Assembly (NCBI GenBank): GCA_046754085.1
Contig: JBHHVE010000007.1
Coordinates: 26,964 to 90,963, forward strand
Direction: 5' to 3'
Source of the DNA: Leptospirillia bacterium
Lineage (GTDB): Bacteria; Nitrospirota; JACRHL01
DNA length: 64,000 nucleotides
In this document: positions 40,607-49,513 of the stretch, piece by piece
Layout of the letters: each line of letters opens with the position of its first letter
Position numbering within the stretch: position 1 is the stretch's first letter
Program-made: the position numbers and the translations under genes
The notes under the pieces: generated by a model
Databases searched by the model: none
Told to the model about the DNA's origin: nothing
Seen by the model: only the letters and a program-made list of their open reading frames with translations

Positions 40607-41743
40607 TTACGCTCCCCCCAATTCCTGTCCAATCAGGTCGCGGGCACGTTCCACCACCTCGTCCGGCAGATCCACCCACAGGGGCAGGCGGATCAGCCGT
40701 TCGCTCAACGCCTCGGTGTTGGGAAGGGGATCGCGCACCGCCCCATATTTGAGGCCCGCGGGCGAGCTGTGCAGCGGCACATAGTGGAACACCGCGGAGA
40801 GTCCCGCCTCCTTGAGCCGCGCCAGCACCCGGGTGCGGGCGTCCAGGTCCGGCAGCAGCAGGTAGTACATATGGGCGTTGTGCTCGCATCCCTCGGGCAC
40901 GATGGGACGCCGCACCTTGCCCGCCGCCTCCAGGTCGGCGAAGGCGGTGTGATAGCGTTCCCACACCGCCAGCCGGAAGCGGGTGATCTCTTCCCCGCTC
41001 TCCAGTTGGGCCAGCAGGAACGCCGCCACCAGATCACTCGGCAAAAACGACGAGCCCACGTCGCTCCAGGTGTATTTGTCCACCTGGCCCCGGAAAAACT
41101 GCCGCCGGTTGGTGCCCTTCTCCCAGATGATCTCGGCCCGCTCGGCCAGCGCCGGGTCGTTGACCAGCAGCGCGCCCCCCTCCCCGGAAATCAGGTTCTT
41201 GGTCTCGTGAAAGCTGAAGCATCCCAACTGGCCGATGCTGCCCAGCGGCCTCCCCTTGTAACGGGCGATCACCCCCTGGGCGGCGTCTTCAATCACCGGC
41301 AGACGGTGGCGTCCGGCAATCTCCATGATGGTGTCCATCTCGCAGGCGACCCCGGCATAGTGCACCGGCACGATGGCGCGGGTACGAGGGGTGATGGCCC
41401 GCTCAATCAGGCGCTCGTCCAGGTTCAGGGTGTCCTCCCGGATGTCCACGAACACCGGCACGCCACCCCGCAGCACGAAGGCGTTGGCGGTGGAGACGAA
41501 GGTGTAGGACGGCATGATGACTTCATCGCCCGGCCCCACCCCGGCCAGCAGTGCCGACATCTCGAGGGCGGCGGTACAGGAGTGAGTCAAAAGCGCCCGG
41601 GCACAGTCCGCGTAGGCTTCCAGCCAGGCGGCACAGCGTTTGGTGAACGGCCCGTCCCCGGCCAGGCGGCCCGCGCCGAGGGCCTCCTGAACGTACTCGA
41701 CCTCTTTTCCGGTCGCGTACGGCTTGTTAAAACGAATCGTCAA
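40607..41743 (-). CDS. wecE: dTDP-4-amino-4,6-dideoxygalactose (Fuc4N) transaminase
   Basis: Near-collinear with E. coli WecE as recalled (EVIMPSYTFVSTANAFVLRG, VPVHYAGVACEMDTIM, GCFSFHETKN, EKGTNRRQFFRGQVDKYTW, NAHMYY). TTG 41743 is preceded by GAAGGAG plus 5 nt and gives 378 aa. Confidence 0.88.
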   Translation of the reverse strand: MTIRFNKPYATGKEVEYVQEALGAGRLAGDGPFTKRCAAWLEAYADCARALLTHSCTAALEMSALLAGVGPGDEVIMPSYTFVSTANAFVLRGGVPVFVDIREDTLNLDERLIERAITPRTRAIVPVHYAGVACEMDTIMEIAGRHRLPVIEDAAQGVIARYKGRPLGSIGQLGCFSFHETKNLISGEGGALLVNDPALAERAEIIWEKGTNRRQFFRGQVDKYTWSDVGSSFLPSDLVAAFLLAQLESGEEITRFRLAVWERYHTAFADLEAAGKVRRPIVPEGCEHNAHMYYLLLPDLDARTRVLARLKEAGLSAVFHYVPLHSSPAGLKYGAVRDPLPNTEALSERLIRLPLWVDLPDEVVERARDLIGQELGGA

Positions 41744-41843
41744 AAAAACTCCTTCCCGCCGCACCCCCGCCGGTACGGACATCGGAGGACATTATGAATG
41801 ATTTTTCCGACCAATAGGAGCCGCCGCCACCCCGGCCGGAAAT

Positions 41844-44171
41844 TCACAGGATGATCTCGGTGCCGTCCGCCGTGATCAGTTGCAACAGAATACGGTATGC
41901 GCCGCGCTGGATCAGTGGTGCGTCGGATAGATCGCTCCGCCAGGCCGCCGGGGGTGGTGCCTCCGGGCCGGGCGGGGCGTCCGGCGCATAGAAGCTCCGC
42001 CGCGCGCCGGACAGGGTGGTTCCCCCGTACAGGCGCATGTCGCCGCGGGTCTGGTAACGCCAGTACGACGCACGTCCTTCCGCTGCTATTGTTTTGAGCA
42101 TTTTCCACTCCGCTTTGGTCAGCCACGGGCGCGGACCGGGGTACACGCCGGAATCCTCCGCCCCCAGATCCCCGAACAGTTCGCTTCCTGTCCCCGGTGC
42201 GGGAACACGTTCAGGCTGTAGAGTCACCGTGACCTTTTCGCTGCCGATTACGCCGTCGGGGGCCAGCCGATAGACCAGCCAGAACCGCATGCCCGGCACC
42301 ACGTGCAGATCTTTCCACGTGTCGTATGGCTGAATCGGGTTCAGGTTTTCCGCCAATTTCCGGATCACACCACCATGCTGCCACCCCTTCACCATATAGC
42401 GGGCGGGCCTGCCATTGATTCGCACGTCCAGATCGTCCAGGCGGCCATCCCCGTCCCGCAGGTCGATCTGCAGGGTCGCCGTGACCACTTTTCCCCAGTC
42501 GAAGCCGGGGGGCAGGGTGATCTCGTGCCGTACCCGCTGCCCGGGATGGTCCAGCGCGAGACCGAAGCTGCGCCAGTCGTCATACAAGGCCTGATGAACG
42601 GTAACGGGCAGCACGATCAGAAGCGTGATGGCGGCGAACCGCAGCCGCCTTTCCCCACGTCCCAGATTCCCGCCCACGCCTGCGGCAAACCGGGCGGCGG
42701 CCGCCAACAGGCACAGGTCAAACAGCACCAGCGCCGTGGCGTGCAGCACCCCGGTCCCCTGACCGGCAAACAGCAGGAACCCGTTTTCGGCGAACAACAC
42801 CGCGGCCGACCCAGCGAACACCACCGTCCATACCCCATAGGCAGTCCGCAACCGGGGGGGTATGAGCCGCCGCAAGACTTCTTTCAGGCACGGGGTCAGC
42901 GCCTCCACACCCCGCACCCAGGCCACCGCCGCAAGCACGATGACAAACGCCATCACCACGAAGGTGAAGCGCCGTTCCTCGGAGAAGTACAGGGTATGCA
43001 CCCCGCTGATGAACGCCACCGGCAACAGGGTGAACAACAGCACCGCCCCCCGCCTGGCCAACAAGGCGCCCAGCACCGCACCAAACACCACCAGCCCATG
43101 CAGTGCCGACACCGCGGCGGCGGGCACCAGCAAAGGATTGGTGTAGGCGGTGGCCGGCCCGTGCCATAACCGATGGAATTTCTCGACCCGCAGGGCCAGG
43201 CTGGCCAGGGGCGCCTCCCGTACCGACTCGGCCACCGTCGTGGCGTGGGGCCATTTGCCGGTTTTCAAATATCCCTCGTTCGGCCGGGGCCACCCCTGGT
43301 TGGGCAGGTGGTACGAGGCATTGAAACTGTCGGCAATCGAACGCTCGCCGGTGACGGAAAAGGTAAACGATTCAAACGCCAGGGTGTGGTTAAGTACCAG
43401 CAGCCAAGCCAGGTACGGTATCAGACACACGGCGGCACCCACCCCAAAGGCGCCCACGGCCTCCCACCTGCCCTCCCGGCGCCGGACCGTCAGCCCGTAA
43501 ACGCCGAGGGCCACCACGTATACCACCGCGTAGGGCATGAAGACCGGGCGTGTCAGCGCCAGCAGGGACACGCACAACATCGCCAGCGGCATGCCCCACC
43601 ACCATGCTCTGCGCCCGCCTCCGGGCAGCCGGATGGTCAGATACACGGATGCCACGAGCAGGAACGAGGCCAGGTTTTCCGTCAGGATCTGGGTCGCCAT
43701 GTACGTATACGGCAGGTAGGCGGCAAACAGCAGCGTCGCCACCCACGCTACCCGTATACCACCCAGCCGTCGCCCGATGCCGAATACCAGAAGCGCCGTG
43801 GCCGCGTGCAGAAGGGAGTGAAACAGACGCACCCAAGCCACATCCTCTCCCACAAACAACTTGAAGAGGGCGATCACCACCGGGTAACCCGGCCCCTGGT
43901 AAGCCATCGCCTGCACCAGGTCCCGGGCGTCGGGCAGCGGGAGCCCTAGGTCGGGGCTGGGAGACACATGCCGCAACCACGGCCAGTGATGACCAATCCA
44001 GCCCAGGAGGTATTGGGCAAAGCTGTAATAATTCTTGGCGTCAGCAATCACCGGCCGGTAGACACCGTAGGCCGCATATACTCCATCCACGGCCAAAATC
44101 AGGCCGACGACCAGCAGCAACAGGCCCGTGTGCCCTCTGAACCGACTAAGCAGGCTTTTCAGCACCGCCAT
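41844..44171 (-). CDS. GT-C fold glycosyltransferase (PMT_2 / ArnT-like) with a large C-terminal soluble domain
   Basis: About 500 aa of multi-TM region with the early loop motif RPVIADAKNYYSFAQYL, followed by about 270 aa of non-membrane region. Start taken at ATG 44171; the track's TTG 44246 is less likely. Confidence 0.7.
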   Translation of the reverse strand: MAVLKSLLSRFRGHTGLLLLVVGLILAVDGVYAAYGVYRPVIADAKNYYSFAQYLLGWIGHHWPWLRHVSPSPDLGLPLPDARDLVQAMAYQGPGYPVVIALFKLFVGEDVAWVRLFHSLLHAATALLVFGIGRRLGGIRVAWVATLLFAAYLPYTYMATQILTENLASFLLVASVYLTIRLPGGGRRAWWWGMPLAMLCVSLLALTRPVFMPYAVVYVVALGVYGLTVRRREGRWEAVGAFGVGAAVCLIPYLAWLLVLNHTLAFESFTFSVTGERSIADSFNASYHLPNQGWPRPNEGYLKTGKWPHATTVAESVREAPLASLALRVEKFHRLWHGPATAYTNPLLVPAAAVSALHGLVVFGAVLGALLARRGAVLLFTLLPVAFISGVHTLYFSEERRFTFVVMAFVIVLAAVAWVRGVEALTPCLKEVLRRLIPPRLRTAYGVWTVVFAGSAAVLFAENGFLLFAGQGTGVLHATALVLFDLCLLAAAARFAAGVGGNLGRGERRLRFAAITLLIVLPVTVHQALYDDWRSFGLALDHPGQRVRHEITLPPGFDWGKVVTATLQIDLRDGDGRLDDLDVRINGRPARYMVKGWQHGGVIRKLAENLNPIQPYDTWKDLHVVPGMRFWLVYRLAPDGVIGSEKVTVTLQPERVPAPGTGSELFGDLGAEDSGVYPGPRPWLTKAEWKMLKTIAAEGRASYWRYQTRGDMRLYGGTTLSGARRSFYAPDAPPGPEAPPPAAWRSDLSDAPLIQRGAYRILLQLITADGTEIIL

Positions 44172-44214
44172 GACTGGACGCTGTAATGCCCGTGGGCGAC
44201 TTTCTTTCAACAAT

Positions 44215-44307
44215 CTATACCCCATAAACCACAATGCCGGTGACAATCAGCGCCATGGCAATGCCGTTGTGAATGATTTTTCGGGAAACAAGCAGCCAGC
44301 GGTTCAA
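44215..44307 (-). pseudogene. Remnant of a third small EamA/ArnE-F-like gene (C-terminal TM only)
   Basis: Translation ..LNRWLLVSRKIIHNGIAMALIVTGIVVYGV* parallels the C-terminus ..ILKETFSRDHAVAMTMIVTGIVIYAV* of the 45574-45885 gene. The DNA is also similar (CTATACNNCATAAAYCACAATSCCGGTSAC). There is no room for a full-length gene. Confidence 0.55.
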
Positions 44308-44350
44308 AAGCTGACCGGATGTACAATCCCTGCATGGCCCACTTGCCGGG

Positions 44351-45502
44351 CTACCGCTGTTTCCGTGCCCGGACCATGGTCATCAACCGCCGGCGGGTTC
44401 CCGCCATTCGGGACATCACTGTGCGGCCTTTCAGCCGGAGAACAGGATGCTCCAGCAGATGCCACGACACAATCGCAAACGGCAGGGTCGACAGGGTGGC
44501 GAATGCGGCCAGCGGCAGCGGCATCATGTCAGGAGCGTTCGAGAGAATCACCTGCTGAACCGGCCAGGCATAGATGTAGGTGCCGTAGGAGTAATCCCCG
44601 ATCCGGTTGTAATGACGCAGGACTCCCCCTGGAACATATGCGAACCAAAACGTACCATACGCCACCGTGGCGTATGCCATCAGCCCGAACATCGGCGTCC
44701 CGAGCGCGGCGACCAAGGCGAGTAGGAAAAGCACCATGAGCGGTGTACTGATCGGGATGACGGATCGAAACAGGTAACAAAAAGCGCCTATGGCAAAGTA
44801 GATCGCCAGATAGTCGACCCCCACCAGCATGGAGGAAAGCGCCGGATTTGACAGGCATAAGGCACCCAATCCCAATACGGCCACCGGAAACAGCAAGCGT
44901 GACTTCAGCACCCCCAACACGCCGAACAGCCCGACAAAAACATACATGCGCACCTCGGACGGAAGCGTCCAGATGGAGCCGTTCACACCGAAGTTTGGCA
45001 AATCCCTGAACACCCCCGGAAGCGTAAGTTGCACATGGGGGAGCAGCATGGTGGTATTGACCAGAAGGTAACGGGCGGTGTGGCCGTGCGATAAAAACCT
45101 TTCCAGGGGCAACGTGGTGGCCCATGCGGCGACCCCCAGGCTGAACAGAATAGCCGCCACCAGACCGGGGTAAATCCGCAACACCCGTGCTTCAATAAAC
45201 TGGGCCACGCTGCCCCGGCAAACAAAGCTTTTGGTCACCAGATATCCGCTGATCGCAAAAAAGACCATCACGCCCATCCTCGCGAAGGTCACCTTCTGAT
45301 CCGGGAATGCGTTGCGGAGCGGTTCCAAGGCGACGTAGCCGCTCAATGCGTAGCTGTGGGTGAAAATCACCGCGACAGCGGCCATCATCCGCAACAGATT
45401 GTAATTGTTATCCCGACTGCCCGTATCCAGCTCCGAAAGGGTGCGCCCGCGAAACATCCGCTTCAGCTTGCCGATCACGCCGGTTGTTTCAATGGGTAAC
45501 AC
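44351..45502 (-). CDS. Acyltransferase family 3 (OafA/YrhL-like) membrane O-acyltransferase
   Basis: About 10 TM segments. N-terminal motif NNYNLLRMMAAVAVIFTHS, then FFAISGYLV. Confidence 0.8.
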   Translation of the reverse strand: MLPIETTGVIGKLKRMFRGRTLSELDTGSRDNNYNLLRMMAAVAVIFTHSYALSGYVALEPLRNAFPDQKVTFARMGVMVFFAISGYLVTKSFVCRGSVAQFIEARVLRIYPGLVAAILFSLGVAAWATTLPLERFLSHGHTARYLLVNTTMLLPHVQLTLPGVFRDLPNFGVNGSIWTLPSEVRMYVFVGLFGVLGVLKSRLLFPVAVLGLGALCLSNPALSSMLVGVDYLAIYFAIGAFCYLFRSVIPISTPLMVLFLLALVAALGTPMFGLMAYATVAYGTFWFAYVPGGVLRHYNRIGDYSYGTYIYAWPVQQVILSNAPDMMPLPLAAFATLSTLPFAIVSWHLLEHPVLRLKGRTVMSRMAGTRRRLMTMVRARKQR

Positions 45503-45573
45503 GCCTTACAGGCCCTTTCCGCCCGGTCTCCGGTTTTTATACGGGCTCCGGGGTGGGGGCAACTTCTGACCGT

Positions 45574-45885
45574 CTATACAGCATAAATCACAATCCCGGT
45601 CACGATCATCGTCATGGCAACAGCATGGTCGCGGGAAAAGGTTTCCTTCAGTATGAAGCGGGACAGGCCGGCCATCAGAATCTGGGTGATGGCGGTGCTC
45701 ATGTAGACCATGCCGATGCTCAAGCCCTTCAGGGCCAGGTAGGCCATCAGGGACGCGGAAAGAAACAGCCCCACCGAAAGCAGCACCAGGGCGCGCCGGT
45801 GCGCCCTGAAATACAACTTGTAGGTCACCTGCGCCAGGGCGGTAAGGACGATGGCGGCGGCAAGTGCCGCCCAGTGAAGGGTCAT
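45574..45885 (-). CDS. Small EamA/SMR-like membrane protein (ArnE/ArnF-like flippase subunit candidate)
   Basis: ATG 45885 gives 103 aa with 3-4 TM segments. The start overlaps the stop of the upstream acetyltransferase by 4 nt. Confidence 0.65.
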   Translation of the reverse strand: MTLHWAALAAAIVLTALAQVTYKLYFRAHRRALVLLSVGLFLSASLMAYLALKGLSIGMVYMSTAITQILMAGLSRFILKETFSRDHAVAMTMIVTGIVIYAV

Positions 45886-46388
45886 GCGCCCGTATCCCGC
45901 TGTTTGATCACCCGCGCCGGCACCCCCACCGCCACCGAATCCGGCGGGATGTCGCGGCTCACCACACTGCCTGCCCCCACCACGCTGCGGTCGCCCACAT
46001 GCACCCCGGGCAGCAGGATGACGCCGGTACCGATCCACACGTCGTCCCCCACCGTGATGGAGCCGCCGCTGTGGCCATAGCGGGTGTCCGCAGTGTCGTG
46101 GCCGGCGGCGTGAAAACGGGTGTGCGGCCCCACCCGCACGTTGTTCCCCAGCACGATGCGGCTGCCGCCGAAGAAGTCCGGGTAAAACTCCACCCCGCGA
46201 TTAATGCTGGCGTCACTGCCGATCTCCACCAGCCACGGAAACTTGATGTAGACGTTGTGGTCGAAATAGATGCGCTTGCCGGCCCGGTGCAGGAGCATGC
46301 GCAACACCGGGTTGCGGATGAACCCCGGCACCAGGTTGAGCACCACGTGGAGCATGTGGATCAGGTACACGTAGAGCTGGTTGACCAT
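45882..46388 (-). CDS. Left-handed beta-helix (hexapeptide) acetyltransferase, WcaF/WbbJ-like
   Basis: ATG 46388 gives 168 aa. Hexapeptide repeats: IGSDASINRGVEF, VLGNNVRVGPHTRF, ITVGDDVWIGTGVILLPGVHVGDRSVVGAGSVV. Confidence 0.85.
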   Translation of the reverse strand: MVNQLYVYLIHMLHVVLNLVPGFIRNPVLRMLLHRAGKRIYFDHNVYIKFPWLVEIGSDASINRGVEFYPDFFGGSRIVLGNNVRVGPHTRFHAAGHDTADTRYGHSGGSITVGDDVWIGTGVILLPGVHVGDRSVVGAGSVVSRDIPPDSVAVGVPARVIKQRDTGA

Positions 46389-46435
46389 CAGCTTGGCCCC
46401 GTGATTGCGGGACAGATAGTCCTTGGGGCCGCCCG

Positions 46436-46768
46436 TCACGTCCGCACCCTGAACGCCACCCAGGCGACCCCGGCGGTGATCAGCACGGTGCCCGCCACCT
46501 GATTGGCGCTGATCGGATCGCCATACAGCCAGGCGACCCCCAGCATGAGCGGAAAAAACATGCTCGACAGGGGGTAGCTGTGACTTAAAGGATAACGCCG
46601 ATGGGCATAGCCCCACGCCAGAAAGCGCGCGGCGTTCAGGGCCGCCACCAGCACAATGCCAAGCGCCACAAAAAGTGCCGGCAACAGCGGATGGTCGGCC
46701 ATGCCTTTCAGCACCACGGCACTGATGATCTGCAGCGCCACGGCGGCAAATATCACGAGCACCACCAC
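46436..46768 (-). CDS. Second small EamA/SMR-like membrane protein (ArnE/ArnF-like)
   Basis: About 111 aa from GTG 46768, with 4 TM segments (VVVLVIFAAVALQIISAVVLKG...). The start is uncertain. Confidence 0.6.
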   Translation of the reverse strand: MVVLVIFAAVALQIISAVVLKGMADHPLLPALFVALGIVLVAALNAARFLAWGYAHRRYPLSHSYPLSSMFFPLMLGVAWLYGDPISANQVAGTVLITAGVAWVAFRVRT

Positions 46769-47541
46769 TAGCCGGCCCCCTCCGGGTGGGTCCAGGCATC
46801 CAGCGGCCTTCCAAGCCATGCCGCCAAACGGGCATTGGGCGCTGCGAAATAGTCCGCCAGATAGCGAACCAAATCCGGATTCGGCGACCCCGATGCGTCT
46901 TCGGGCTCATCGCTGGCATTCACCGGGCCGTCGGAGACGCCGGACACCGCCGTGCTGTCCACTCCGAGAAAGGTAAAGACGGCGGCGGCCGCCGCGGGGT
47001 CTGAAGTCAGCTCCTCAAACAGGAACACCCCGATCTGCCGACGAGGAAAATACCGCTCAAAGGTCGCAATGTAGTCCACGTAGCAGCCCCGCGCCAGGTA
47101 AGCATAAGGAGAGACGGAAAACCGGGAACGGTCATAATCCTCCCGCCGTTTTTCCTCCTGCATGAACGCCTCCGCCATGCTCAGGGTCTCCACCCCGTGC
47201 TGCACGGAAAACCGCCAGTTGGATACGGCGCGCGCCACCGGGTCGCGCAGCAGCACGATAATGCGCGCATCGGGAAAGGCTTCGGAAATGCGCTTTGCGG
47301 CGATGTCCGACTCCAGATACGAGGTACTTTTCTCACCCTTCAGCCATGCCCCCGGCTTACCGGAAAAAAAGCGCTGTTCGTAGTCATCCAGCCCCTTTTC
47401 ATACCGCTCGTCATCCAGAAAAAACTTGGGCTCCGGCCGTACCGGCTCCGCCATTTCGATCTCGGGATGCCCCGCAAGCAGCCGGTAGAGAAAGGTGGTG
47501 CCGCAACGCTGGGCGCCGACGATAAAAAAGTGTTCAGCCAT
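46768..47541 (-). CDS. Sulfotransferase family protein
   Basis: 5'-PSB-type loop FFIVGAQRCGTTFLYRLL and 3'-PB-type motif IIVLLRDPVARAVSNW. ATG 47541, with 47547 as an alternative, overlaps the GT2 stop. Confidence 0.85.
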   Translation of the reverse strand: MAEHFFIVGAQRCGTTFLYRLLAGHPEIEMAEPVRPEPKFFLDDERYEKGLDDYEQRFFSGKPGAWLKGEKSTSYLESDIAAKRISEAFPDARIIVLLRDPVARAVSNWRFSVQHGVETLSMAEAFMQEEKRREDYDRSRFSVSPYAYLARGCYVDYIATFERYFPRRQIGVFLFEELTSDPAAAAAVFTFLGVDSTAVSGVSDGPVNASDEPEDASGSPNPDLVRYLADYFAAPNARLAAWLGRPLDAWTHPEGAG

Positions 47542-48487
47542 CGTCATGCGGGTCCGCGCCCACCACGTCCCGGACATGGAAACTTTCCGCCGAACTGCTC
47601 TGGTTGAGCAGGCGTACCACGTACTCCCCCACCATACCGAGGGTCAACAGGACGATACCGTTGAAAAAACTCATCAGCACCACCAGGGTGGTCCAGCCGG
47701 GCGTCTGGACCTCATGGAACAGGGACCGCAATACATAGAAGGCGCCCAGGGCAAAGCTCAGCACGGAAATGCCGATGCCCACCGACGCCACCAGGCGTAG
47801 CGGGTAGGAGGAGTAGTTGAACAGGATGGTGGCCACCAGCTTCAGGATCTTGTAGACGCTGTAGTTGGTATGGCCCACCGTGCGCTCCCGGTGCTCCACC
47901 CAGGCGTTGGTGCGGCGGTTGGAGAACATCAGGGTCAGGCCGGGAATATATGGATAGCTGGTGCGATAGCTGCACACCCGGTCCACCACGTCGCGCCGGA
48001 TCAGGCGGAAGTTGGAGAGCACCAGACCCTTCTGATTGTGGAAAATCTTGCGGTTGATGGCGCCGATCAGGATCGTCCCGAGGCGCCGGTAAAAGGCGTG
48101 TTTTTTCTGGCGGAAGCGTCCGATCACCAGGTCGTAATCCCCCTCCTTCGCCTTTTCGATGAGGTGGATGATCTCCTCCGGCGGGTTCTGCATGTCATCA
48201 TCCAGGGTCACCACCCAGTCGCCGCTGGCGTAGCCGAAGCCACACATGTTGGCGTTATGCTGGCCGTAATTGTGCAACAGGTTGATGGCGATGATGTGGG
48301 GGTTGGCGGCGGCCTTTTCCTGAAGCACCTGCCAGCTGTCGTCCCGGCTGCCGTCGTTGACGCAGATAATCTCGTAGTCGAGCCCCGCCCCCTCAAAAAA
48401 GGCAACGGTATGGTCCAGGGTGGTGCCCACCACCCCGGCGCTGTTGTAGACCGGGATAACCGCGCTGTATTTAGGCCCGCTGGACAT
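47534..48487 (-). CDS. ArnC-like GT2 polyprenyl-phosphate glycosyltransferase
   Basis: Collinear with E. coli ArnC as recalled (SAVIPVYN, YEIICVNDGSRDDS, HNYGQHNANMCGF, GDWVVTLDDDMQNPPEEI, two C-terminal TM segments, GMVGEYVVRL). Confidence 0.85.
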   Translation of the reverse strand: MSSGPKYSAVIPVYNSAGVVGTTLDHTVAFFEGAGLDYEIICVNDGSRDDSWQVLQEKAAANPHIIAINLLHNYGQHNANMCGFGYASGDWVVTLDDDMQNPPEEIIHLIEKAKEGDYDLVIGRFRQKKHAFYRRLGTILIGAINRKIFHNQKGLVLSNFRLIRRDVVDRVCSYRTSYPYIPGLTLMFSNRRTNAWVEHRERTVGHTNYSVYKILKLVATILFNYSSYPLRLVASVGIGISVLSFALGAFYVLRSLFHEVQTPGWTTLVVLMSFFNGIVLLTLGMVGEYVVRLLNQSSSAESFHVRDVVGADPHDDG

Positions 48488-48607
48488 GACTACCTCACTC
48501 CGACCGGGACACGCCCGCCGGTTTCACCCTGTGACCGGTCAGCTCTATGGGGGAGGCGGACCCGAGGCACACAAGCCGGGATGGGGAGCGTCACGCTCAC
48601 TTGCTGA

Positions 48608-48636
48608 ACACTATTGCATGATTGGAAATGTGTCAA
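48608..48636 (-). promoter_or_regulatory. Candidate sigma70 promoter for the arnC-like operon
   Basis: On the minus strand: TTGACA (48636-48631), 17-nt spacer, TAGTGT (48613-48608). It lies about 120 nt upstream of the GT2 start. Confidence 0.4.
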
Positions 48637-48648
48637 ACCCATGAAAAC

Positions 48649-49485
48649 TCAAGGGTTCTCCCGAAGAAATGCCGCCAGAGCCTCCTGCCACGGGCGCATT
48701 CGTATGCCGAGGGCGGCAAGCCCCTTGCGGCCCAAGGCGGAGTAGGCCGGGCGGGGCGCCGGGCGGGGAAACTCGGCGGTGGTCACCGGCGTCACCTGAG
48801 TGGCAATGCCCCGTAACCGGAAGATTTCCCGGGCGAAACCACACCAACTCACCTCTCCCGCATTGGTCGCATGGTAGGTGCCCCAGGCGGAGGTTTCGAT
48901 CAACCGGCCGATGGCGTCGGCCAGATCCTTCGTCCAGGTGGGGTTGCCCACCTGATCGTCCACCACCGTCAGGGACGGGTTCGACTGCGCCAGCCGCAGC
49001 ATGGTGGCAACGAAGTTGTTGCCGTGCTCGCCATACAACCAGGCGGTTCGCACAATGTAGTGGCGGGGACAGTGGCGGCGTACCGCCTCCTCGCCGGCAA
49101 GCTTGGAACGGCCGTATTCGGTGACGGGTCCGGTGGGGTCGGATTCCCCATAAGGGGTGCGGGAGGTGCCGTCGAATACATAGTCGGTGGAGACGTGCAG
49201 AAGCGCGGCACCGGCCCCGTCTGCGGCCTTTGCCAGGTGCTCCGGTCCCTCGGCGTTGACCTGGCGGGCCTTGTCGCGCTCGGTTTCACAGCCATCCACG
49301 TCGGTGTAGGCGGCGCAGTTGATGATCAGGTCCGGGGCGGTGCGCAGCACCTCCCGCTGCACCGCCACGGGATCGGTGATATCGAGGGCCGACGACGGGT
49401 ACGGATGAACCTCGTGATCCGCCGCCAGCCGCGCCGTCAGATCGCGACCGAGCATGCCGTTGGCGCCGGTAATGAGAATGTTCAC
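48649..49485 (-). CDS. rfbD: dTDP-4-dehydrorhamnose reductase
   Basis: MNILITGANGMLGRDL, INCAAYTDVD, STDYVFDG. Confidence 0.92.
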   Translation of the reverse strand: MNILITGANGMLGRDLTARLAADHEVHPYPSSALDITDPVAVQREVLRTAPDLIINCAAYTDVDGCETERDKARQVNAEGPEHLAKAADGAGAALLHVSTDYVFDGTSRTPYGESDPTGPVTEYGRSKLAGEEAVRRHCPRHYIVRTAWLYGEHGNNFVATMLRLAQSNPSLTVVDDQVGNPTWTKDLADAIGRLIETSAWGTYHATNAGEVSWCGFAREIFRLRGIATQVTPVTTAEFPRPAPRPAYSALGRKGLAALGIRMRPWQEALAAFLRENP

Positions 49486-49513
49486 GGCTATGGATCGGGG
49501 AGCGGCCCCCCGG

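Noticed and set aside
45886-46919. Long upstream extensions of the small EamA ORF (to 46038) and of the acetyltransferase ORF (to 46919)
   Set aside because: The extensions are Arg/Gly/Pro-rich and overlap neighbouring genes. Internal ATGs at 45885 and 46388 give family-typical lengths and 4-nt coupling.
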